Of a DNA stretch of 64,000 nt, positions 52,604-64,000 are shown one piece after another (positions within the stretch are counted from its first letter, which is position 1; the number at the start of each line of letters is the position of its first letter). The notes below the pieces were generated by a model. The model did no database searches, was not told the DNA's origin, and saw only the letters and a list, made by a program, of their open reading frames with translations. The DNA comes from Tubiluchus corallicola (Eukaryota > Animalia > Priapulida). The DNA is taken from NCBI GenBank assembly GCA_030141605.1, contig JAQGDQ010000732.1, forward strand, positions 41,751 to 105,750. The letters are read 5' to 3'. A program made the position numbers and the translations under genes.

Positions 52604-53769
52604 TCCTTAATAATTAATCTTGGTCTTAAGATTATAATAATTAACACGAATGCCTAACTCGTTAGCTTTATAATCATATACTGGGTGAGTCAGAAAGTCT
52701 AGCTGCATCATAGCTTAGTGATCATGCCACTGAGGCAGCCAACTCAGACTCAGCAAATCACTAGAAAACAAGTTTAATAAAAATTTGACACCATTATACT
52801 TGATATTATGTGATTCGGTGAGAGCATATGTGCATACATTATTTTCACAGCTTGTACACAATTTTAATGTTTGTGTCCAGAATAGGATAATTTGTGCTTG
52901 CCCAAGCAGGAGCTTGCCGAAACAGCATCCAAACAGGAGTACTGGAGCAGAAGTAATTTGAACTCTATCAAATTCAAACAGCTGTTTTTACTTGTAATTT
53001 GTGTTCGCAGTATACCACAGCAGTGATTGTAATGCAGTGTAGAGGCAAACTACTAGCTTAACCCTTAATATTGAGCTGAACAGTGAAAGGTGCATTATAC
53101 AGTTCTATTCATAGGCACCAGGCCAGTCAGTCTAAAGGTAATGTTATGACTTCCACTTTAAACTAGGAAGCCCATGGCATTACCTGCGATTGGTTGAGCA
53201 GTGGTTTCCTGTGGAAAGAACGAACACGTGACATCGTCAGTTGTCTTTTGGTTGTCGTGGAATGCACTTCTCCTCTCTGCCTGCCGAGTGTCGTGGATTC
53301 TGTAAGGTTTGAAGCATTGTCATCAGGTTATTTTTTTTCTACTGTGTTGTTCTTCTCAGCTGTCCCTTTTGAATTCTAAGTTTTGGTTTTGTTGTTTCAT
53401 TTGTTTAAATTTCTGGAGTGTCCGTTATGCAGCGCTTACCCGCATCACCGATGGCGGACCGTAAGGTTATCTACCGGGTCGAACCCCGGAACAATATCGT
53501 AGTATTACTCCCCTCGCCTTAATTGTTCTGAAGAAGAACAGCTATTTTACCTTTGACAACAGAAAATTAGCTAATAAACGCCATAAGAATGGAATCAGCG
53601 GCGATTATAATAATTACATTGTCAAAATGAGAAATAAAACTTATATTATGCCTTGTTAACCTTGTTAAAACAGCTAATGCTTTTAATACTTTCTTTCAAT
53701 CTGTTGGGAACAATATGTGTAAAGATTTTTCTCAATCTTTCTATTCATATCTCAAAGGCGAAAATAGAC

Positions 53770-55310
53770 TAACTATTTTCTTAATCCAATAGAGAATTGT
53801 GAAACCAAAAAATATATTATGAAATTAAAAAATAAGAAACCCCTGGGCATGAAAATGTTCAAACCATGTTTTATAAACTTGCAGTTGATATTATATCACC
53901 TGTATTAACTACTATGTTTAACTGTGCTATTTCAAGTTTAATATTTCCAGATATATTAATGATTGTAAAATTTTTTCCTGTATTTAAATCTGATGATCCT
54001 GTATTTAAATGTGATGATACTAATAATCCCTCTAATTATAGACCAATTTCTATACTATCTCCAATAACAAAAATATAATTTTTGATAGACTAAATAATTT
54101 TTTCATTAATACAAAGGCTATATCAAAATTTCAATTTGGATTTAGGAAAAACTATTCCACAGAGTTAGCTACTGCCAAATTTATTGAAAACATGCTGCAC
54201 AACATTGATAACAAACTCTATACGTGTGCTATATTCCTTGACTTATCTAAAACATTTGATACTGTACAGCACAATATACTTCTCTACAAATTACAACATT
54301 ATGGCGTCAGAGGCACTGCACTTCAGCTACTAACATCTTACTTATCTAATCGTCAACAATTCACCGTCATCAATAATACCTCTTCAGATTGAGCACACTT
54401 CACCTGTGGAGTTCCCCAGGGGTCAACAAGGGCCCATTACTATTGCTTATTTATATAAATGATCTTCCTATGGCATCTAACTTTAACATGCGCATGTTTG
54501 CAGACGATACTAGCCTATTCATATCTGACACCAATCTTCTCAGTCTTGAAACTAGAACTAATGAAGAACTAATCAAAATTAGCAATTGGATGATAGCTAA
54601 CAAACTATCAGTGAATTATAACAAGTCTAAGTACATGTTGATTACTAAGAAACCTGTTCTACTTATTACAATCAAAATAAACAGTAACGTTCTTCATCAA
54701 ACAACCGGCATCAAATATCTAGGACTACATTTAGACGTTGACATGAAATGGAATACACATATAAAAACCATTGCATATAAAGTCAATAAAAACTCCAGTA
54801 TATTCAGCAAACCTAGGTACTACGTAGATACAAAAACCCTGAAGAAGATATACTATTCTCTTATACATCCCTATTTGCTTTACTGTATTCTATGTTGGGG
54901 GAGAGCAAAAAATAACAGACAGCCTGCGACCGTTAATTACAGCCCAAAATAAAACTGTTAAATTTATTACTTTCTTAAACCGGCATGATCATGCTGATAT
55001 GCTCAGTTATGCTCAGTTAAACCAAGTAAAAGTAAAAGACATATATACTCAACAGTTATTTAAATTTATGCGTAAATTTACTAATAATGCTCTCCCCGAA
55101 CTACTTTAATCAGTTGCAAATTACTTTACTCAAACTAGAAACATACTTTCATACAACACCAGAGCGTCTCGTAGGGGTAATTACTTTCAGCCCAGATTTA
55201 ACACTATAAATGGCTTAAATACATTGCATCACCTTGGCACTAAATTGTGGAATAATTTAGATCCACTACATCATGTAAAACTGCAGTTAAACTATTTCGT
55301 AATCACCTGA
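53770..55310 (+). mobile_element. Degenerate LINE reverse transcriptase, copy B
   Basis: Same motifs plus IKYLGLHLD; lesions partly differ from copy A. Confidence 0.9.
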
Positions 55311-56048
55311 TTATCAACTATTAATAGGTCTTACTCCCAAACTTAACTCAATTGCTGTTTTGCACATTTATATTCTCTTCTCTACTCTAGATTACTGAAA
55401 CTTATTACCCACAATACAAAAAAAACTTTTTTATGATAAATCTCTTTGTAAGGATCCTTTACACACATATATGCATATGTAAATATCCACATGGGTGCTG
55501 ATAATGCGTTACATGGTTTACTATCCTATTCCCGAAAATAAAAATATGCTTGCTTGCCCGCTTGAATATACTGGCTATATTTACGATTAAATTTGCTTTT
55601 TTTTGTTTGCTTTTCATTCAATAGCTGCATTTATAGATTGACTGCATTGCTTGCTTTTTGTGTTAATTTGTCACATTATGATTACTGATGCTCATTTATT
55701 ACATTTAATACTTACTGCACAAATTTTCTTCGTTTAGTTTTTTTTTTGTTTTTTTTGTGCATTTATTATTTAACTACATTTTCGTTCATTTGCTGCATTT
55801 TAGTTCACTCGCTGCATTTATGATTTAACCAGATTGCTTGCTTTTTTGTTTTGTTGTTGCATTCATGACTTGTTCAGTTGTTGTTTTAATTTTTAATTGC
55901 ATCATTTACTTGCTTTTTTTTCATTGGTATAATTATAATATAACTGCTTTGCATTTTGTTTATTCGCTACACTTTAGACCTAACTACGTATTTATTCACA
56001 TAACCATGTAGTCTGTCGTGCTTTACAATATTTCTAAGTTATATAGGG

Positions 56049-59000
56049 GTGGCTGACTCGATGACCTCCTGGTCTTTCGCCACCCCATCTCTACATACGT
56101 TACATAATTTGTTGTATTTGCGCTATAAATATTATATTAGAGATGAATTGAATTTCGAATTATTAAAATTAGTAGATAGCCTAGAAAATGCAAATTTGTT
56201 GGATTTCCTGTCTTTTGGCAATTCCAAACCAACAAAAACCAGGGCACTTGCAAAAGCACTATACAGTTTGGGTATTAAAGTAGGGTGGGCTTTAGATTTA
56301 ATCGAAGACACAAGTCCTGCTGCCACACGAACATTGTACAAAAAAGTGAAAAATTTTCGAAAAATGTCAGAAAATGCAAAAGACAAGGTTGTGGCAGCAG
56401 TCTTTATGCCTTGCCTTCCACAAATAGTGGCAGTGCTAGTGGAAGTGCATCAGATTTTCAGTGCACATCACTACAGCCAAGCAAGCCAAACTTTGAATCT
56501 AGGTACTGCAATAAAATTGGGTTGTCTGTAGAAGAAATTTTTGAGTTGTGCAGGTGGAAATAAGTTTGAGAGTTCCTCACAAAGTAAATCAAAATTTTCT
56601 GTAGATCAGCTTAGTAAGGGAGTTGCTTGGGAAGTGTACACTGCTTGTGCTAAAAACACAAAAAAATTCAAAAATGTGTTAGTTGCTTGCTGTGAACCCT
56701 GTTTGCTGTGAAGAGAAAGATGTTTCGCTTCCAAAACTCAAAAATAGACTCTACCATATGCACGTGCTAATGAAAAAAAAAATCCAAGGCCGCATTATGC
56801 TACTTGAAAAAGCCTTTCTTAGGCCAGGATGAACAGATAACAGCCAATATTTCAAATGCTAGTTCTAGTTCGTCTACTTATGTTACAGTCTACAAGAAGA
56901 GGACCGCATTTCTTGAAAAACAGAAAAGGGATTCAAATGCAGCTTATAATGTAGAAACAGAGAGCTTAAAAAATGATATCGCTCAGCTTGAAAAGAGGTT
57001 AGAAGCCATTTCTTTGCTGAAAAAGAATGCACAGTGCAAGAAATTGACAAATGCAGCAAATCTGAAACTGGGTGGTAGCAAAAAGAATTTGAAAAGGAAA
57101 TTGATGAGAAGAAATTCCAAAATTGGAAAACAAAAAAGCATCATTGAAGATTTGAAGAAGCAGTGGGAAGCATGTTTTGCAGAAAATCTCAACCTGAAAG
57201 AAAAATTGTCTGAGTTTGAAAGTAGCAAAGAAGCGATGGAGAATAAAGCGCTTGATAGAGAAACTTTATTAAAACGAGCCGAGGAGAAAGAAGCAGAGTT
57301 ACAGTCTCACATTGATGCATTATTGAAAAGTCGTGAAAAACAATACAAAAAAAAATTCTTAGTGCACGAAAAAGTTTCAGAAATTACAACAAAAAAATTT
57401 AGTGAGTAACTCTGCAACAGTTTCTTGTGAACTGGAAAAAATAAAAAAAATCATTAGCTGAGGTATTGAGAGAAAACGGCAATTTAAAGCAAAGTATAGA
57501 AGAACTTGTAGAAGGAACATCAGATATGACAACATCGTGCATGAAGTTTACCAGAAGCTAGTATCTTTAAATATCGGAACAAGATCATGTGCTGAAGTTG
57601 TGAAGATAGTTTTGGAAAAGATGGCCAGTGAAAAAGTGGGGCGTTTACCAGGAAAATATTTTGTGAGGATTGTTATGCTGGAAGCTAAAATACTAGCTCA
57701 GGTACATGTACTGGGCATGCTACTAACTGAGGAAAATATTACACTGTGCAGAGATGGGACCAGCAAAGAGGGAAAGCACTATGGGACGTGCAATATTCAA
57801 ACGAGTCAGGGAGAAGCACTAACTATTGCTACTAGGGATTTGCCCAATAAATTATGTTCCTTCACAAAAAATTTTTTACAGGTTCTTTTATGGTAGGATC
57901 AGATCCTAGTTCATTTTTAAAATAATCCTCATCTTCCAAGGTCCAAAGCGAAATTCTTAAGGAGTTACCTAACTAAAAAGTTGTCAGGCTGGACATTACT
58001 TCACTTAGGTATACAACCTCACGCCCTGATTACACACTATTTGCATGTATGCAAAGATCAACATGATTCGCTATAATTATAATCGTTCTGACGTTACATA
58101 TCGACTTTCTTGCTTTAACGAGTTAACCAAATTTTTTTATCGTATAATCCGTACTAATCAATATACGTAGTTAAAAATAAACCTCTGTATTTTTTATTTT
58201 GCATCATGTAACTGCGTTTTAAAAAGATTTTATTACGTTTTCTGTGAATTTTATTTTCTGGGAAATGACAGTTCTGGGAAATGGCTATTCTAGGAAATGA
58301 AAAATCTTTATGGGAATTTTTTCTAGCAAAAAACTTTTCTGTGAAGTTTTTTTGCCGGGGGATATTGCAAAAAATTTTGTTACATTTAGCTAAGCTTCAC
58401 GTTTTAAATGTAGATGAACAAAAACAGCGGGCAGATAGATTTGTTTCAAAAATTAAGAATACAATGACTCATCGATATTGTAAAAAAAAGTTGCAGTCTT
58501 GTGCAAGAATATAAGGAAAGGGTGCTTCCAAATATTATAAAGGGATACGACAGAATCACAACAGTTGAGAGTCTTGTCACAAAATGGACAACTTTTTTGT
58601 GGAATGCATTTTATTGTAGATCTGGGCACTCAAGCCTATGCTGCCCTGAATGTTTGGGAGAAATGCATTTTTGGTGAAGATCGGGTCGGGTGTGCTAAAG
58701 TAGGCTGTTTTCCTACAGCAAATGAAAGTGGAACAATTAGGCTGGTAAGGACAGTGTGCAAAGCTGTTGGATCCAGGGCATGTGAAAAGTCAGGAAGGCA
58801 AGAACATTTTGCCATTGTGGCACTATTCTAAATTCTTTTGAGCTCATTTATAATATGAATGATGTTTACCAGCAATTGCAGAATAAGTTGTGAGACTGGG
58901 CAGTTGATTCCAGTGGCTTTTAAATGGTAATGCTAGGTTGTTTGGAGAAATGGGACAGTGGGACGGTATATCAGAAAAGCTGTTCCAAGAAAATGAATCT

Positions 59001-60245
59001 GGTATGCAAGCAAAGCAGGCCTTAGAAGTGATATGTGCATGATTTTTGGTTGTTGTAAAATGCATGCTATCAGATCATTTGCTTAGGGGAAGCCATACAG
59101 AGTCTAGTGTACAGGATGAGTTAGCTACTGCCCCTGTTCCTAGTACTAATGTTAGTGCTGAAAGGGATTTTGGAACGTTGGATCGGATAGTGAGAGAAAA
59201 GCTAAATGCCACCTTTATCGCGATTCAAGGATTAATAATGTATAAGCAGAATAAGACAGCAGATTGGTTAGAAGTCAGTGAAGATTCAGAGAGAAGAACT
59301 TGTAGCCTGGCGAAAAGAAGTGCAAATAAGGAAACAACCGAAACAAATGCAACACAAGGAAAGTAATCTAGCAAAAGAATAAGTAGAACAAGAAAAGAAA
59401 GAAAAATTAAGCAGGGCATTATTCAGCATAGGTGATTATGAGATAGTGAAGAAGCTGGTGGAATAAATTTTTCGAGGTACAGTTCTCCAAGTACCAAGCT
59501 TTGTGATTTGAGAATGCAGATTCAGTACAGGAAAGTAGTTTTAGGACAGGGTAATGTAAAAAAACTGTTTAAATTTGCCTTCAGATCAGCAAAAATTTAC
59601 TGCAGAGAAATTAGCCACCAATTCAGCAAGAGTCAGGCAATGTCAGCAGTTGTTAGACAGCATCTATGGTAACAATGAAGCAAGTGCTATTGCAACAACA
59701 TCAGAAACAGAACAAATCAGAAGTCAATTCTTAACTTACGGTAATCTGGAAGAGATGGCAAGTACACGAAAAAGATGCGGAATAGCAGGCGAGGGTAGTC
59801 TCCGCAGTGACATAGATCCTTGAAAATTGTTAGCTAGAAGAATGAAGCACCTCCGTTTGGTAAGGGAGAATTGTTCGATTGTGTTATAGTCAGAGTTGGA
59901 AACAGATGTGGGACAAGATATGATGGTTACAAGAAAATTTGTCTGTGAAGATTAGCAAACTTAAGAGATGACATTGAAAAGGGTAAGCTTGTTGAGATAG
60001 AAGCAGACTTTAGTGGGGAAAAGCATACAGAATTTGTGGATTGATGAGGACAGTGGTGAAGAGATTTCGTACAGAGGTGGAGAAGTAGCAGAGTGGGATG
60101 GGAACACTGTATTCAGTGTTGGTTTTCAAGCAGATGAGGAGGAGGATGAAGATGAGGATTGAGATGAAGATTACAACACTGAAGAACACTGCAAAAATTA
60201 CCTGTGCTGAAAGACTATGATCAATTTGAACTCAGAATTCTGTAA
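56049..60245 (+). pseudogene. Decayed DDE transposase, copy B
   Basis: Retains TLCRDGTSKEGKHY, FCGMH and SAERDFG..KLNA..GLIMYKQNKTADWL. Confidence 0.6.
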
Positions 60246-60996
60246 AAAAACAATAGCAACGAAGATTTAAGTGAAGACTATGAAGACTGCTGTGAAAAAC
60301 TGCTTCCTAGAGGATTATGATAACCTGGAAGTCCTGTAAAAATATTAATATAATAACAAAACAAGTATTTAAATGACAACAATGAAGAATTTTCATCTTT
60401 TGGAAGATTACTGTAAATCTGAACTTTGAGCTCTGTAAAAAACAAGTGCAATTAATAGTCATCAGTTGTCAGCTTTGACCTACCAACAGTAATGGAACCA
60501 CAATATGGAGTTCTCCCTGAAGAAATGAACTCAGCATTCAGAACCATAATGGGATTCATGGGCGGCAATTTTCCCTCCCAGCCCAAGTAGGACCTCTCAA
60601 ACCAGTAAATGATTGGCTAGCTGAATTCAATAAGTGTAAATAGAATAAACTCTATCCTACAAAAAAAGTATTGCATCTGAGATCAGCATTTTAGCCGATG
60701 CAGAACTAATACATATGAGTGATGAAATGAGCAATCCAAATGATGTTGATCTGGGATTCAACACACAATGACCAATATTTTCAGGAATGCTACAAAGTGA
60801 TGAGGAAAACGAGATAGTAGTGAAAAGAGTGGAACGTGAACACCAACAGTTGCCACAACAAAAGACTTCAAAAAATTGACATTAAGACAAAGAAATCTGT
60901 TGGAAGAGAGCATTTCTGAATTAAAACATTTAACTGAGCAACAAAAATCACGTCTTTACAGGATGGAGCAATCATTGGTTGAAACTATAAAATAAA

Positions 60997-62682
60997 GTAT
61001 GACGTACATTGAATAAGTTTAATATTCATGCCCGTTAACTGTTTCATGTTATTGCAGAGGTGTCATTTACTTCAATAATAATATTATTTCAATAGCAGCA
61101 CCAACAGAGTGAGCAAGATGGTTACAAAGCTGGAACCCATCGAACAAAAAAGGAGACTCAGCTCCCTATCTCCATCATGGGAGCAGGCGCTGAGGAGGGG
61201 GACCCTGCCACCCATTCAACTTCGTGGCAGGAGGCCCTGGTATAAACACTTACATTATTGCTTAACTTACCTTCTGTATTAATATTTCCCAGTCAAAGAT
61301 AAACATCAGAATCTATTATACAAAAAATGGCGTGTTGTGTAAAAGTTAAATGCAAAAGAATGTTGCTGCTGTGGATTACAAAATTATATTAAACTGAAAT
61401 AAATCGAGTTTTTTTGTCAAACTCTTACATATTGCTATTACAATTTTGAATAATTATGGGTTTTCAGGCAATAAAATCTGATGTTGACAACAATCAGTAA
61501 CTCTTGCATGGTATTAACAATTAATAAGTAATATTTTCCCAAAAAATTGCTTTCAAGTAAAATATACTGTATTAGTAATTGTAGTTTTATCTGATGCAAA
61601 TCATAGTTCATCTGATGTTTTATGTCAAACGTGCTAGAAGCCCACATCCATTATGGCTGTATGCAATAAGAAGAAGATATGGAGGTGCTGATAAACAAAC
61701 GTTAAATAAATTTAAATATCTACTATATTTACCAGCCATTATTCAACAATTGGATTTTAAAGGCAAAAGCTAAAACCAACATTTTTTTGTTTCTGTTCAA
61801 CAATGGAAAATCTTGTAGCAAGTGGACTGAAAAAAAGAAAGATGCTAATTTTGTGTGCAATTTGAGACTTGAACTTGAGACATAGGAACTAGAAATCTCA
61901 AATTAGGCCATATTTTCATCTCCATTTTTTTTACTTTAGCCACCGAGTATTTTGTGCTGGGACTGCGGGCTACTACGACCATCCCCCCCACCCCCCTCCT
62001 CCAGCTCTCCAAGCCTGCTGTCCCTTGCTCTACCAGGGCTTTAGCCGGCGTCCGGGTAAGATCTCACATTCACTTGTTGAACCATTCACATTCACTAGTT
62101 GAACCATTCACACTCACTTGTTGAACCATTCACATTTACTTGTTGAACCGTTCACATTCACTTGCTGAACCATTCACATTCACTTGTTGAACCGTTCACA
62201 CGGCTCACATTCACTTGTTGAACAGTTCACACGGCCCACATTCACTTTTTGTCATATTCAGCATTTCATAAGAATTAATACACGCTCCTACACTGAAGTC
62301 CCGACAGTTTACTTTTTCACCCACGAGGACGCCACTAGTCCCAATGTTTCACAATAATGTCTTCAATGACATATTTCTTTCTTTGCTTTAACTTTGCGTT
62401 ACTAGAAATATGCTCAATAGCTGTTCATGTCTCTTAGTGATAATTCAGATGTTGTGAGAGTTGGAAAAACTATGACGTACATTGAATAAGTTTAATATTC
62501 ATGCCCATTAGCTGTTTCATGTTATTGCGGAGGTGTCATCTACTTCAATAATAATTTATTTCATGAGCAGCACCAATAGAACAAACAAAAATATCCTAAA
62601 GTTGGAACCGTTAGAGAGGCAAAGAGGATTCAGCTCCCTATTACCACCATGGGGGCACACACTGAGGAGAGGGACCTGCCAC
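60997..62682 (+). repeat. ~210-bp direct repeat pair (60997-61210 and 62471-62682)
   Basis: Both begin tatgacgtacattgaataagtttaatattcatgccc and end ...ctgaggag..ggac(c)ctgcca. Confidence 0.8.
62064..62247. repeat. 22-bp minisatellite, ~8 copies
   Basis: Unit cacattcacttgttgaaccatt. Confidence 0.9.
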
Positions 62683-63067
62683 TGAGATAAAATCCAGATG
62701 GAAAGTATCAACTGGACCAAGGTAATTATGTTTCACACAGGCATAAATAGGTACAGACTCAATATTGCTCTCTCTCTTGGATATGTGAATAGCAGTGGTG
62801 TGTGTACATCGTCTCTGTATATTCGAGCTAATTTAATATATTTATAGTGAGAGTTGCAAAGTGAAACTTATATCATATTCTGCATGAATAAAAAACGCAT
62901 CCAGTTTAATGATTGGTTGAATTCTAAGAAAAACGATTGCCAAGATATTTCTGAAAAACTAAAATTCTGCAATAATTCTTTTGTGAAGTTTTGCGTTACT
63001 TACCTGGTAAAACGTGTTTTCTTCCATGTATCAGTGTAGGGGTGATATCACGCCTAATTAACAGACA

Positions 63068-64000
63068 ATGGCAACATGTATATTGTGTAGACGCAAGTAT
63101 CCTGATGCGTCAAGCAGGATCGAATTTGGCTATCTCATTCTTTGTAACAAATGTTACAACGCTAGAATATCAGAAAGCGGAGGTGCTATTGTACCCATCC
63201 AAGTTGAAAATGCCCAGGAAAGAGGCTCAGTAAGCAAGAATGCTGTATGCAGTGACACAGACGATGACAGTATAAATCTAATTCACAACGAACTGAATTA
63301 CTTTGCTCAAAATCAGTTGGAGGCAGGAGTGCCATTTGTAGATTTGGCAAAGGTTATTCACGACTTTTATTCGGAGGAAAAATGTGATGAGGCGAAAGCG
63401 GTGCTTATTGGTCTTATACCACGCGACAATATAGACAATCCAGAATTCGTGAAGAACAGAATCGGTCCATCCAAAAAGGCAAATGTGTGCAATGACATAC
63501 TGAAGCTATTGCAATACGGCCCTATAATAAATGCTGTGCCTGCACCGAGATTTGCGGCCGCTTTCTCTCAAAACATCCCGCCAATGAGTCTGAAATCAAT
63601 GGATACATCAGTATTGTTAAAACAACTTCAAATTGTGCAGCAGGACCTAGCGGTATTGAAAGATAAATTCATAACGAAGGAGGACTTAAATGAAATCTTA
63701 GACGCACGTTTTGCCAGCTCTAACATTGCCATAGCAAAGCAGAAGAGCTATTCTTCAGTAGTCCAGTCAGCAGGTGTGTTATCTTCCTCTTCAGAGTCAA
63801 TCCCGCATAAGCCACCTACCACAAAGACGGTGACGCTGGGTGATTCAGATAAGGATAGTGATGGCTTCACTAAAGTCGTACGTTCTGGTAAACGCCCCAG
63901 ACTTCCTTCAACAAAGCCAGCATCTAAGCGGGTTATAACTGGTACTGCAACCAACAGTGAGGTAAAATCCAGCAAGCCGTTACGACAGTTGTTCGTTACG
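63068..64000 (+). CDS. Open ORF1-like protein of a non-LTR retrotransposon, runs off right edge (not in supplied ORF track)
   Basis: Hand translation gives 311 codons with no stop: MATCILC…CNKC (C4 finger), HNELNYFAQN…DFYSEEKCDEAK…NRIGPSKK…NDIL…PRFAA…IPP, a coiled coil, SYSSVV, GFTKV and RQLFVT (start of an RRM-like part). Confidence 0.75.
   Translation, partial: MATCILCRRKYPDASSRIEFGYLILCNKCYNARISESGGAIVPIQVENAQERGSVSKNAVCSDTDDDSINLIHNELNYFAQNQLEAGVPFVDLAKVIHDFYSEEKCDEAKAVLIGLIPRDNIDNPEFVKNRIGPSKKANVCNDILKLLQYGPIINAVPAPRFAAAFSQNIPPMSLKSMDTSVLLKQLQIVQQDLAVLKDKFITKEDLNEILDARFASSNIAIAKQKSYSSVVQSAGVLSSSSESIPHKPPTTKTVTLGDSDKDSDGFTKVVRSGKRPRLPSTKPASKRVITGTATNSEVKSSKPLRQLFVT

Larger units (their letters stand above)
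53178..60267 (+). repeat. Segmental duplication copy B (lacks the viral insert and the TA/TG microsatellite)
   Basis: Colinear with 40359-48338. Confidence 0.95.

Noticed and set aside
53038-53560. Solo LTR (TGTAG start, CCAAT box, ...AACA ends)
   Set aside because: No matching TSD, PBS or internal gag/pol was found; kept only as an unclassified repeat.
60440-62720. Possible spliced host gene (coiled-coil-like fragments)
   Set aside because: Frames are broken by stops and I could not build a consistent exon chain.

Overview
AT-rich metazoan (probably invertebrate) genomic DNA with spliceosomal introns. I found no prokaryotic operons or CRISPR arrays. (1) 1-15.7 kb, minus strand: one gene for a signal-peptide-bearing leucine-rich-repeat (LRR) protein. 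It has at least 7 tandemly duplicated ~0.6-0.8 kb exons. All internal exons are phase 1-1, and each junction falls inside the LRR C-terminal cap. The gene runs off the left edge. (2) 16-36 kb: mostly non-coding, with mini/microsatellites, SINE/RTE fragments, a foldback-like element and a C2H2 zinc-finger relic. (3) 36-64 kb: a transposon graveyard in which every coding remnant I could orient lies on the + strand. It holds two kinds of decayed DDE transposase, LINE RT fragments, a Tigger/pogo element, a LINE ORF1 and a small polyQ ORF family. A ~7-8 kb block is duplicated there, and only one copy carries an 865-bp insert encoding a protein with flavivirus prM-M-E-like architecture, a candidate endogenous viral element. 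All family assignments come from motif recognition by eye and need database confirmation.
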